Shown here one piece after another: positions 8,200 through 16,257 of a stretch of 24,000 nucleotides of DNA. Position 1 is the stretch's first letter. Every line of letters begins with the position of its first letter. The stretch lies in sequence record MZ348423.1, one strand, 5' to 3'. A program made the position numbers and the translations under genes. The DNA is from Kosakonia phage 305. A model generated the notes under the pieces. The model had not been told where the DNA came from, made no database searches, and saw nothing but the letters and a program-made list of their open reading frames with translations.

Positions 8200-9005
8200 T
8201 TGAACACCATATTATTTAGAAATTCAATTGCTTTCAGTCGAGTAATTTCATCTTCGACTACGAAACGAATCTTACCTTTGACTTCAATCTTAGGAGATTC
8301 TGGGGTCAGTTCGGCTACATCACGTGCGATTTCGGCCATGATTTCGGCATCGGTTTGGCCACGATCTTTTTCTTGCTCTTCGGTCTGTTCATCAACCCAG
8401 CCTGCGGTAGGCATTTGAATTTCATCGCACTTACCGAGATTAAAACGTGGGTCGCGTTGTGGCAAGTCACGAACAATAGATTCACCACGAATGAACCCTG
8501 AACAAATAGGACGTTTCCATTCTTCAAAATGTTCCAGTTCGTCTGGAGTCAGAGTGAAGTTCAGGTATTTATGGTTTGCTCTGTTATCAGGGTCAACATA
8601 TTTAAGACGCATAGTCTTAAGGTCATAGACACCACTCATACAAACACTTTCGACGATGAACGGGTTATAACCAATCTCACGAATAAATTGGAGATTGATT
8701 GAAGAACCTTTCAGCAGAGCTGCGGCATCTTTCAACTGATAAGCGGCATTCACACACCAGGCCATATCATAGTTAATAGCGAAATGGGTCAGCTCGTTTA
8801 CTGCGTCCAGATGGATTTGAGTTCTTTCTTCAGCATGGTTTTCAACTATTTGAGCGTTACCATAGTCATCGGTTTCGAGAACCTTGAACGGACGACTACC
8901 TACAAAGTTGGCAAACACGCGGTTATCACTGCAACGCCGGGTGAACAGAGCATGGTCATGCATGCTCTTGAAATGATAGAAGTAACCTTCAGTGAACTTA
9001 TGCAT
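8196..9005 (-). CDS. Hypothetical protein (start at MHKFTEGYF)
   Basis: Track ORF 8196..9098; Met at 9005 preceded by GGAAG SD and a compact overlap with the gene ending at 8998. Confidence 0.75.
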   Translation of the reverse strand: MHKFTEGYFYHFKSMHDHALFTRRCSDNRVFANFVGSRPFKVLETDDYGNAQIVENHAEERTQIHLDAVNELTHFAINYDMAWCVNAAYQLKDAAALLKGSSINLQFIREIGYNPFIVESVCMSGVYDLKTMRLKYVDPDNRANHKYLNFTLTPDELEHFEEWKRPICSGFIRGESIVRDLPQRDPRFNLGKCDEIQMPTAGWVDEQTEEQEKDRGQTDAEIMAEIARDVAELTPESPKIEVKGKIRFVVEDEITRLKAIEFLNNMVFK

Positions 9006-9219
9006 TGTAAACTTCCTTCCAGTAGTCAGTACCGTCTTCAGTGATTTCACGGAAGATACCATAGATTGGCAGAGTATCACCAACTTTTTCATAAACATAT
9101 ACCACTTGAGTGTGGCTCAGATGGTCGGACCAATCTTTCTGAACAACTACAAGTTCGTTGCTGAACAGAACATCTTCAAATGCATCACGAGTTGAAGCAG
9201 TAGTTTCGATGATTTTCAT
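8998..9219 (-). CDS. Small hypothetical protein
   Basis: MKIIETTASTRDAFEDVLFSNELVVVQKDW..., 73 aa; GAGAGGAAAATAAAATG SD; early promoter upstream. Confidence 0.75.
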   Translation of the reverse strand: MKIIETTASTRDAFEDVLFSNELVVVQKDWSDHLSHTQVVYVYEKVGDTLPIYGIFREITEDGTDYWKEVYNA

Positions 9220-9251
9220 TTTATTTTCCTCTCGTTTGTTGGTGTAGGAAC

Positions 9252-9280
9252 ATAATAACATGAACCTACACCGTTGTAAA
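9252..9280 (-). promoter_or_regulatory. Putative sigma70-type early promoter
   Basis: Minus strand TTTACA - 17 bp - TATTAT. Confidence 0.82.
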
Positions 9281-9283
9281 CAC

Positions 9284-9733
9284 TTATTTTGTGAATTTCA
9301 GCACATGTGTTACAAAGCTGCGTGATACTACAGCAAACTTACCATCAAAGACAACGTTCAACAGTTCAACGCCATCTTCAATCCACTGGTCGGTAACCCA
9401 ACCACAGACACGTAGGAATGGAGTTTCGACACGAACGGCTTTGCACAACAGATCGGTAGGGTCCGGCTGAGGCAGAGGACGAACTTGAGTCAGATACATA
9501 TGAGCCACATCTTCATCGACAACATAACCACCGATTTTAGCCGGATACTTGCTTGTAGGAGCGTCAGAACCAATGACTTCAGTCACATGCTCAGGTTTAA
9601 CATAACCAACAACACCAAAGTCTGTACGAACTTTATAGCCATCACGAGTAGAAGTACCAACTACAGTACCGGTTTCACCAGCAATTTTAGAGCCAGACAG
9701 GAAAGATACGTATACGCGAGAACCAATTTTCAT
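9284..9733 (-). CDS. KOW/Tudor-like small protein; possible MotB analogue by position
   Basis: 149 aa, KIGSRVYVSFLSGSKIAGETGTVVGTSTRDGYKVRTDFGVVGYVKPEHVTEV; upstream of dexA as in the T4 motB region. Confidence 0.6.
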   Translation of the reverse strand: MKIGSRVYVSFLSGSKIAGETGTVVGTSTRDGYKVRTDFGVVGYVKPEHVTEVIGSDAPTSKYPAKIGGYVVDEDVAHMYLTQVRPLPQPDPTDLLCKAVRVETPFLRVCGWVTDQWIEDGVELLNVVFDGKFAVVSRSFVTHVLKFTK

Positions 9734-9742
9734 AATAACACC

Positions 9743-10300
9743 TTAAAATAAAATAAAATCAACTTGAACAGCGTTGGCACGTTTGAACATAACCTGGCTG
9801 TCACCGAGTAGAACACTATTATCATCTACTTCGTATATAGCAAGATAGTAGCCTTTATTACGAAGTGAATCAAAATCACAATCATCAAACCACTTGTAGA
9901 AATGGCCTTCAGTTTCAAAACCAAAGTAATACTCTTTGTGCCATCTCTTAGGCAGCTCAAATTGGTCCTCTACATTATAACGACTTACCGCAGAGGCCAT
10001 CAGCTTTTTATCAGCACCCGGAGGTGGGCGATTGAAAGCACCTTTAGAATTAACAATATGTCTGAAGTTGCCTTCTTCGATACCGTGTTTATCCATCCAA
10101 AGAATCGTTTCTTCGGAGTTGTCAGTACCTGCCCAACCGTATGGTGAACGAGGTTCTTTGTTCCATGATGGACGTGGTTCTTTTCGTGGGACAAAACCTG
10201 GTTGCATCCACTCATTCACACAATTCTTGTCGGACCAATTCAGAACATTAACATCTTCACGGCGAGTACAGAATTTTCTTTCAACACGATAGATAAGCAT
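9743..10300 (-). CDS. Hypothetical early protein
   Basis: Start MLIYRVERKFC at 10300 preceded by GGAGG; early promoter immediately upstream. Confidence 0.8.
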   Translation of the reverse strand: MLIYRVERKFCTRREDVNVLNWSDKNCVNEWMQPGFVPRKEPRPSWNKEPRSPYGWAGTDNSEETILWMDKHGIEEGNFRHIVNSKGAFNRPPPGADKKLMASAVSRYNVEDQFELPKRWHKEYYFGFETEGHFYKWFDDCDFDSLRNKGYYLAIYEVDDNSVLLGDSQVMFKRANAVQVDFILF

Positions 10301-10331
10301 GATGACCTCCATTAGTAAGTGAGGTCATCAT
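10299..10331. repeat. 11-bp perfect inverted repeat spanning -10 and RBS/start
   Basis: Minus strand ATGATGACCTC-N11-GAGGTCATCAT. Confidence 0.9.
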
Positions 10332-10355
10332 AACACGCTCTAAAGTGGTTGTAAA
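10327..10355 (-). promoter_or_regulatory. Putative early promoter; -35 abuts the dexA stop codon
   Basis: Minus strand TAG|TTTACA - 17 bp - TATGAT. Confidence 0.82.
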
Positions 10356-11042
10356 CTACCCACGTGAAACAGGTAGAGAACGTGGGTCAACATTATCGCC
10401 TTCAGGACATTCATCAAGACCCATGGCATAACGCTGAGCAAACTTAAGCATCAGAATGTCTTTAGCACAGTCATGAACCGAATCGTGTGCTACAAAGCCA
10501 TCTAGTGTGCCTTGGACCATTGGAGTAGTCGAAAGACCACGAACCATAGCATATGCTTCAATTGCAGTTCGGATATCACGCTGGTTCCAGAACTTCACTG
10601 GTTCTTGATGGAACGTATCAATATCTTCTTCAGCAACACCATCAACACGATAAAGGTCGCGAATCAGATCGACCAGAATCGGGAAGTCGAATGACATACC
10701 ACGACACCAAGCCTGGGATTTCCATGGGTCGACATCGTTTTCACGACAATAATCCAGGAATTGTTTAATGCCTTCTAAAGTTGACACGTCATCTTCAGTT
10801 GGGGCCAAGTTAGCACGAGCTTCTGCAGATTGTTCTTTCCACCATTTTACGGTGCTCTTACCGAAGAGGCGTTGACCTTTCTGTTCGGCAAGTTTAAACT
10901 TGATACGCTTACCACGATTAACTAAAGTGTCAAAGCTTTCTACTTTAGACGGGTCTGGGTCAAAAGCAATAACGGCCAAGTCGATGACAGCTGCTTTGCT
11001 TACGTTACCAAACGTTTCAAAGTCAATAATTATATCTTTCAT
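10356..11042 (-). CDS. dexA: DexA exonuclease A (DEDD-type)
   Basis: 228 aa, MKDIIIDFETFGN, WCRGMSFDFPIL, HDSVHDCAKDILML; adjacent to dda. Confidence 0.92.
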   Translation of the reverse strand: MKDIIIDFETFGNVSKAAVIDLAVIAFDPDPSKVESFDTLVNRGKRIKFKLAEQKGQRLFGKSTVKWWKEQSAEARANLAPTEDDVSTLEGIKQFLDYCRENDVDPWKSQAWCRGMSFDFPILVDLIRDLYRVDGVAEEDIDTFHQEPVKFWNQRDIRTAIEAYAMVRGLSTTPMVQGTLDGFVAHDSVHDCAKDILMLKFAQRYAMGLDECPEGDNVDPRSLPVSRG

Positions 11043-11281
11043 AGTTTACCTTCTTGAGCCAGCACTACTAATCGTTCTACCAGTTGTGTTGGCAGAATAA
11101 TATCAGGCTCACAGCCTAAAGCATTTGCCAATTCAAGCCCGTTATCACAAATTCGCATTGCGTCATAAAGAGCATCCAATTCGCATAAGGAATAACGACC
11201 TGGGTTAATTTTGTTTTTGCGAGACATTTCTCGCTGAGCAGCAATAATTTTATTTGCTGTATATTCATTAATTCGTAACAT
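11039..11281 (-). CDS. Small protein between dexA and dda
   Basis: 80 aa, overlaps dexA start by 4 nt. Confidence 0.75.
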   Translation of the reverse strand: MLRINEYTANKIIAAQREMSRKNKINPGRYSLCELDALYDAMRICDNGLELANALGCEPDIILPTQLVERLVVLAQEGKL

Positions 11282-11289
11282 TCTAACCT

Positions 11290-12624
11290 CTAAACATAAT
11301 AAGCATCATGACGAGCTCGTGTGAGCCCTACGTAAGCCAGCTGTTTAGCAAGATTTGCTTCAGCCATATGAATACAAGGGGTATAGATGAAACTATTGTT
11401 TACACTGATACCTTGGCTTTTATGTATTGTACTCACAGGAAGTGCACGCACTTTAAGGAACGTACGTTTAATTTTCCAGAAGTCATCCCAAGGTGGACGC
11501 TTACCGGCTGCTTTCATTTCACGGTATGTAGTAGCTACCTTAGCCAAGAACATATCCATTTTTTGGTATTGGTCTAACGGAAGAACTTTAATCACTTCAA
11601 TTTTGTATTCTTCGTCCGGGTCGATTGTCTCGACTTCAAGAGCCCAATAGTTAATATGTTGTTTGGTCGAAACGTTGCGAGCAATTAATGGCATGCTTGT
11701 TAGCATTGCATCTTTAATGCGGACCATTTCACCGTTGTTGAAAACAATTTCACTGAACTTTTTACCATCGAACTCGAGCTCTTTAATAAATGGCTCTTGC
11801 ATAACGATAACTTCATTGTTGATGAATGGAGTTTCGGTTTCATACAGTTTACGACGAATAATATTGTTCAGCTTTTCGACTGACTTGTTCGTGAAGGCCA
11901 GCATACGAGTTTCGAACAAGTCTTCTGGAGATTTCACAACTTCAAAGTACTGCATCATGAAATCTTTCAGAGCGGTATTACTTGCGAACTCATGAACACC
12001 ATGCCCATCAATAGTATGATGACGAAGCCAGCCACCAGTACGAATTTCGGTAGCAACATCGATGATAGGAGCATTAGAACGCATTACCTGAGTCAGATGA
12101 ACCTGTTTAAAACTCGGATGAGTAAAGAACGGAGAAATCTGAGGAGTTCCATCACTTCCTGGTTCTACAGGCTGAAGCTGTTCACGGTCACCAATTCCAA
12201 TCAATACACACCAAGGTGGGATAGAGTTCAGAATGATTTTGAAAATCTTACCGTCTAACATTGACGCTTCATCACAGACTAATACGTTACACTTAGACAT
12301 ATCAGGCATTTCGCGTTGTTCAAACACGTCTTGGTCTTCATATGTCATAGGGTTAATCTTTAAGACTCGGTGGATAGTATTTGCTTCCATACCAGACATC
12401 TTAGCTAATACTTTTTTAGCCTGATGAGTCGGCGCCGCCAGAACAACTCCTAACACACCATTACGTATGATATGTTGAATGATGAACTTAGTCAGGGTAG
12501 TTTTACCTGTGCCTGCAGGACCGTTTAAGGTCAGTCGTTCGCCATTTCGTCGTTGAATTGCAGCAGTGATAACATCAAAAGCTTCACGTTGCCCCTGGTT
12601 CAAATCTTCGAACTTAATACTCAT
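11290..12624 (-). CDS. dda: Dda DNA helicase
   Basis: 444 aa, GPAGTGKTTLTKFII (Walker A), LVCDEASMLD, IIGIGDREQLQPV-type motif, ISTIHKSQGISV; close match to T4 Dda throughout. Confidence 0.97.
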   Translation of the reverse strand: MSIKFEDLNQGQREAFDVITAAIQRRNGERLTLNGPAGTGKTTLTKFIIQHIIRNGVLGVVLAAPTHQAKKVLAKMSGMEANTIHRVLKINPMTYEDQDVFEQREMPDMSKCNVLVCDEASMLDGKIFKIILNSIPPWCVLIGIGDREQLQPVEPGSDGTPQISPFFTHPSFKQVHLTQVMRSNAPIIDVATEIRTGGWLRHHTIDGHGVHEFASNTALKDFMMQYFEVVKSPEDLFETRMLAFTNKSVEKLNNIIRRKLYETETPFINNEVIVMQEPFIKELEFDGKKFSEIVFNNGEMVRIKDAMLTSMPLIARNVSTKQHINYWALEVETIDPDEEYKIEVIKVLPLDQYQKMDMFLAKVATTYREMKAAGKRPPWDDFWKIKRTFLKVRALPVSTIHKSQGISVNNSFIYTPCIHMAEANLAKQLAYVGLTRARHDAYYV

Positions 12625-12935
12625 ACCAACTTAACCTTTTTAATAAACAGGGTGTTGAACACTTGGGCTTTAAACTTAAACTCTTCATGATTAAGCACTT
12701 TGCCTGGGAAATTCATTTCCTTTTTCCAGAACCAAAAGCCGGTCACAACCTTAACAGGTTTAGGGTTCAATTCGTTTTTAAGAGTTTCATGCTCATCATC
12801 AAACCATTTTTGTGCAATTTCCTTATAAGGAGTGATTACAACTAACTCTTGACTGGAGTTACGATGGAACAAAGGCAGCTCAAAGCCATCTTTATCTTTA
12901 TAATATAAAGCATATCCATAATACATTTTATTCAC
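12621..12935 (-). CDS. Hypothetical protein in the dda.1 position
   Basis: 104-aa ORF overlapping dda start by 4 nt. Confidence 0.75.
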   Translation of the reverse strand: MNKMYYGYALYYKDKDGFELPLFHRNSSQELVVITPYKEIAQKWFDDEHETLKNELNPKPVKVVTGFWFWKKEMNFPGKVLNHEEFKFKAQVFNTLFIKKVKLV

Positions 12936-13644
12936 CTTTTTGAATCATTGGAAGGCCACGCTTTAAACGAACATAATTGTGAGCGTTCATGTATTCAAAA
13001 CGAAGCAAAGCTGTAGCTATAATACCATAGGCCTGAGAAGCGTTTTTTGCAGTTTTAACTTTTGCCTTAGGGTCTTCTTTAGCCTTGTTCATTTCTTTTT
13101 CGAACAGAACAAGAAGACGAGCGGCTTCTTCAATTCCTGAAGCGATACGTTTCTTGAGTGTTTCAATTCGAACCATTGTAGCTTCGTCAATGACACTAGC
13201 AGCTTCAAGATTTTTGAGGGATTCTTTACGTCCTTCTACATTCTTTAGAACCCGAAGACGAGTAAGGTGGAATTCTTTGGCCTTTTTAGGAACTACAAAC
13301 GATTCAGGCTGGTCAAGATTTTTCAGACGTTCATCGGCCACACCAGAAGCAGCCATGAGTTGCTTTAAAGACAGGTCGCCACGCCACAGGTTGTATTTCA
13401 ACTTAACAGGAATTACATTGCCTTTAACATAGCCTTTATCGTTATCCCAGCGTTCAAGAGTAAGTTTATCATCACCGCTGCCAAACTTTTCGCCTGAATA
13501 AGCACAATGGGTCTGAAGAAGGATATTCTCCATATATGCTCTGTCGAGGTTAAAGTCCTTACCACGAGAGCGAGCAGATTCACGAGTGTGAGACAGACGG
13601 CGTTTAGCTTTTTTCTGGAATGCTGTTAAAGGCTGAGTAGTCAT
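12928..13644 (-). CDS. Protein with a degenerate HNH-like core and a helical C-terminus
   Basis: 238 aa; ARSRGKDFNLDRAYMENILLQTHCAYSGEKF...LTLERWDNDKGYVKGNVIPVKLKYN. Confidence 0.6.
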   Translation of the reverse strand: MTTQPLTAFQKKAKRRLSHTRESARSRGKDFNLDRAYMENILLQTHCAYSGEKFGSGDDKLTLERWDNDKGYVKGNVIPVKLKYNLWRGDLSLKQLMAASGVADERLKNLDQPESFVVPKKAKEFHLTRLRVLKNVEGRKESLKNLEAASVIDEATMVRIETLKKRIASGIEEAARLLVLFEKEMNKAKEDPKAKVKTAKNASQAYGIIATALLRFEYMNAHNYVRLKRGLPMIQKGE

Positions 13645-13671
13645 TTTGTTTCTCCATGTTGGTGTAGAAGC

Positions 13672-13700
13672 ATACTAACACGTTCCTACACCGTTGTAAA
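13672..13700 (-). promoter_or_regulatory. Putative early promoter
   Basis: Minus strand TTTACA - 17 bp - TAGTAT. Confidence 0.8.
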
Positions 13701-13746
13701 CACTTTCTTGCTTTTTATTTCCGTGGTGTATAATGGTTCTGAGGTT

Positions 13747-14364
13747 CTACCATTCAATCAGTTCCAGGTCGATGATAGTATAAACGGTTTCAACACCATA
13801 ATCTTTCACTGCTTGACTACCACAAATACGGTACGTTGCTTCCTTCGGAAGCATAAACTCACACTCACCTTGAACCATATCTAACTTATCTTCACGTTGT
13901 TCTTTCACTTCCATTTGACCCATAAACTCTTCATCAGGTGCCGCCAACAAAATCTGAATCATTTCTTCTTGATAATTGAAAGCATACTGACAGTTTTTAA
14001 TACGGAAAACAATTTGAGAATCATAGTGCCACTTTGAAGCAAATTGTTTAGCTGTACTGAAGTCAGAACTAAAGCTTGTTACGCGATTCAGTGTGAACGT
14101 TTCACCTTCAGCCAAGTCGTAAATTTTGTTGGCTTCAAGCAATGAAATCCCGCGGAATAACGGAGGAACTGTAGACGTCAGGTGCTTACGTACAATAGGA
14201 TTCAATAGCTCATGAATGTAGTCGGTATTCTTATCATTCATGCACAGCCACAGAATACTTTGCTCCTGATCAGTGAACTTTTCGTCTACACGTTGTTGAA
14301 TGTAAAGACGTTCTTTTTCTTCTTCATCCAAAACTAGTTGTTTTATCGTAGAAACTTGAAGCAT
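13747..14364 (-). CDS. ModA/ModB-like ADP-ribosyltransferase
   Basis: Start MLQVSTIKQ with GGAGG SD. ART motifs PPLFRGISL (R), RVTSFSSD (STS-like), QGECEFMLP (ExE); overall layout like T4 ModA. Confidence 0.87.
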   Translation of the reverse strand: MLQVSTIKQLVLDEEEKERLYIQQRVDEKFTDQEQSILWLCMNDKNTDYIHELLNPIVRKHLTSTVPPLFRGISLLEANKIYDLAEGETFTLNRVTSFSSDFSTAKQFASKWHYDSQIVFRIKNCQYAFNYQEEMIQILLAAPDEEFMGQMEVKEQREDKLDMVQGECEFMLPKEATYRICGSQAVKDYGVETVYTIIDLELIEW

Positions 14365-14394
14365 GATGACCTCCATTGGTTGTAAGGTCATCAT
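14363..14394. repeat. 10-bp perfect inverted repeat spanning -10 and RBS/start
   Basis: Minus strand ATGATGACCT-N12-AGGTCATCAT. Confidence 0.9.
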
Positions 14395-14418
14395 AACATG
14401 AGAAGAAGGGCTTGTAAA
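14390..14418 (-). promoter_or_regulatory. Putative early promoter; -35 abuts an upstream stop codon
   Basis: Minus strand TAG|TTTACA - 17 bp - TATGAT. Confidence 0.82.
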
Positions 14419-14664
14419 CTACCTAAATATGCCCATTGGGATACCGAAGACCGCGATATCTGCAGCCTGGCCTAGAGGAGATTGCGTTTGATTGTAAGAA
14501 CTTTTGAAGGATTCAGGCTTTTTAACCTTTTCTTCAATCACTTCGGTTTTTGCTTTAGATTTAGCTTCAATTCGTTTTTGTTCGGCAAGTCTTTTCCTAT
14601 CTACATCTAATGTAGAGGTAGGTATGTTTGTTAACCAATTCATCATTTCACCCAAGGTGCCCAC
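14419..14664 (-). CDS. Hypothetical protein
   Basis: 81 aa, Lys/Glu-rich, overlaps the upstream gene. Confidence 0.65.
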   Translation of the reverse strand: MGTLGEMMNWLTNIPTSTLDVDRKRLAEQKRIEAKSKAKTEVIEEKVKKPESFKSSYNQTQSPLGQAADIAVFGIPMGIFR

Positions 14665-14855
14665 GGCGGTGGGTCATCATAGTAAGACGCAAGGTCTTGC
14701 AGGACGGCGAGAGGGACACTAATACCATGTTTCTGAATAATCATATCAAGTTCATCAACAAGTTCTTCACGCGCCGTCCTAGGCGCTTCAGGCTTCAAGG
14801 ATGATTCTGTGTCCGGTATAACCAGCATATCAAACAAATCCATTACATCCACCAT
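14643..14855 (-). CDS. Hypothetical acidic protein
   Basis: 70-aa ORF in a tightly overlapping operon. Confidence 0.65.
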   Translation of the reverse strand: MVDVMDLFDMLVIPDTESSLKPEAPRTAREELVDELDMIIQKHGISVPLAVLQDLASYYDDPPPWAPWVK

Positions 14856-15355
14856 TCACGAATGAGAGGTTTATAAGTGCTATATGGCTGCCCATCTTCA
14901 ATAGTCTTACGCATATTTTCTGATGGCTTCCAATTGACATAAGCTAATGAAGATTCATTCCACAACTTATATCGGAAATATGATATGTCATCTAAACATT
15001 GGACATAAAACTTTTGTCTTTCTGCCTTTTCTTCGGAATCGTAACTAAACCAACCTTTAGCATCACTAGGACTGATATACCCATCTTTTGTTAAAGACCT
15101 TATAATACCCCATGGACATCCTTCAGGCAAAGAGCCTGTCCAATTGTGAGCTAACTCAACCATGATATCTTCTGGTAAAGGAATGCTTTTAAAACTAGCA
15201 ACTAAGTCTTCAATCCTATCGTTGTAACGACCTGCGCCTTCAATAAAAGCAATTTCATTTACAATAATGTCTGATACCCATTCATTGCCACGTTCGTCAG
15301 GCTTTTTAAGCTTACGAGTAATGCGCACCGCATAATTATGAACCACCGCTGTCAT
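14843..15355 (-). CDS. Hypothetical protein
   Basis: 170-aa ORF, SD-like GAGG upstream. Confidence 0.75.
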   Translation of the reverse strand: MTAVVHNYAVRITRKLKKPDERGNEWVSDIIVNEIAFIEGAGRYNDRIEDLVASFKSIPLPEDIMVELAHNWTGSLPEGCPWGIIRSLTKDGYISPSDAKGWFSYDSEEKAERQKFYVQCLDDISYFRYKLWNESSLAYVNWKPSENMRKTIEDGQPYSTYKPLIREWWM

Positions 15356-15375
15356 AATATTTTCCTCAATTTAAA

Positions 15376-15762
15376 TTAATCGCAAGAACCACCACTAGAC
15401 CCGGAATCACATGAAGAATATCCTGGGTCATATCCACCTGAAGTAGATGGCATATAACTAGGTGTAGAATGCAACACTGTAACAGGAGCAATCATGCTCA
15501 TATGAGTGTTATCAGTATAGCTTCTATCGTAATGGGTTGCAGTTGGAGCAGCTCCAGTGCGATTAGGATTTTGATTACGAGATTTGCTTAAAGCTGCTGC
15601 ACTTGAACCAGCAGTTGCTTTAGGGAAAGGGTCGCCTCGTCTGACGACTTCTTCAATCATTCCATCACCCATATAGATGTATTCCTTTTCATATTCTTCA
15701 GCAAAACCCATTTTCTTTGGCTCTGGCTTTGTTTCAAAAAGGCTTTTGATAAATTTAATCAT
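15376..15762 (-). CDS. Hypothetical protein with low-complexity Gly/Ser/Cys tail
   Basis: 128 aa, C-terminus GGYDPGYSSCDSGSSGGSCD. Confidence 0.7.
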   Translation of the reverse strand: MIKFIKSLFETKPEPKKMGFAEEYEKEYIYMGDGMIEEVVRRGDPFPKATAGSSAAALSKSRNQNPNRTGAAPTATHYDRSYTDNTHMSMIAPVTVLHSTPSYMPSTSGGYDPGYSSCDSGSSGGSCD

Positions 15763-15995
15763 ATCGTTATATTCTCGAATTTAATTTGAACATCATTATT
15801 AGACGAAGCATTATAGTCCCAAAAACGAACTTCTAGTGATGCTTCAAGACTTGTACCAACTTCACGGTAACCATGAACAATCACGTCAATATAGTATTCC
15901 GAATCAAAGTGATACTTATCAAGATAATACTTTGCTATAAGATAGCTAATCCCACCGCAATCACCTACTGGCTTACGCCACGCTGTTGATTTCAT
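15759..15995 (-). CDS. Hypothetical protein
   Basis: 78-aa ORF, 4-nt overlaps on both sides. Confidence 0.7.
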   Translation of the reverse strand: MKSTAWRKPVGDCGGISYLIAKYYLDKYHFDSEYYIDVIVHGYREVGTSLEASLEVRFWDYNASSNNDVQIKFENITI

Positions 15996-16180
15996 GATTT
16001 AATCCTAAAAAGGTCATCAGCTAATGCTTTAGCAGCCTGGAAATCCAAATCATTCTGCTTTCCTTTAGCTAAATTCTGTAAATGGTCTTCAGTCTTCTCA
16101 TTAAATTCATTCATAGCTTTCCAGAACTCGTCTGGTTGTGAAAGCCAATTTTTAATCCAAGGTAAAGGGTTCAGTTTCAT
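15992..16180 (-). CDS. Small hypothetical protein (start at MKLNPLPWIKNW)
   Basis: Internal Met with GAGG SD, middle-promoter-like sequence upstream; longer track start runs through the terminator and is rejected. Confidence 0.75.
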   Translation of the reverse strand: MKLNPLPWIKNWLSQPDEFWKAMNEFNEKTEDHLQNLAKGKQNDLDFQAAKALADDLFRIKS

Positions 16181-16205
16181 ATTTTCCTCACTTAGTAGAT
16201 GATTC

Positions 16206-16231
16206 ATTCTACCACCTGGTTTAAAAGCAAA
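16206..16231 (-). promoter_or_regulatory. Putative MotA-dependent middle promoter
   Basis: Minus strand TTTGCTTTT - 11 bp - TAGAAT. Confidence 0.6.
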
Positions 16232-16255
16232 AAAGGACTCCCGAAGGAGTCCTTT
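16232..16255 (-). terminator. Strong rho-independent terminator with UUCG tetraloop
   Basis: Minus strand AAAGGACTCC-TTCG-GGAGTCCTTTTTT. Confidence 0.88.
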
Positions 16256-16257
16256 AA

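Noticed and set aside
8985-9010. TTTACA at the start of the 8196..9005 gene as an early -35
   Set aside because: No matching -10 at 16-18 bp downstream; it overlaps the start codon region.
11308-12424. Plus-strand ORFs inside dda
   Set aside because: Antisense to a well-recognised helicase; no initiation signals.
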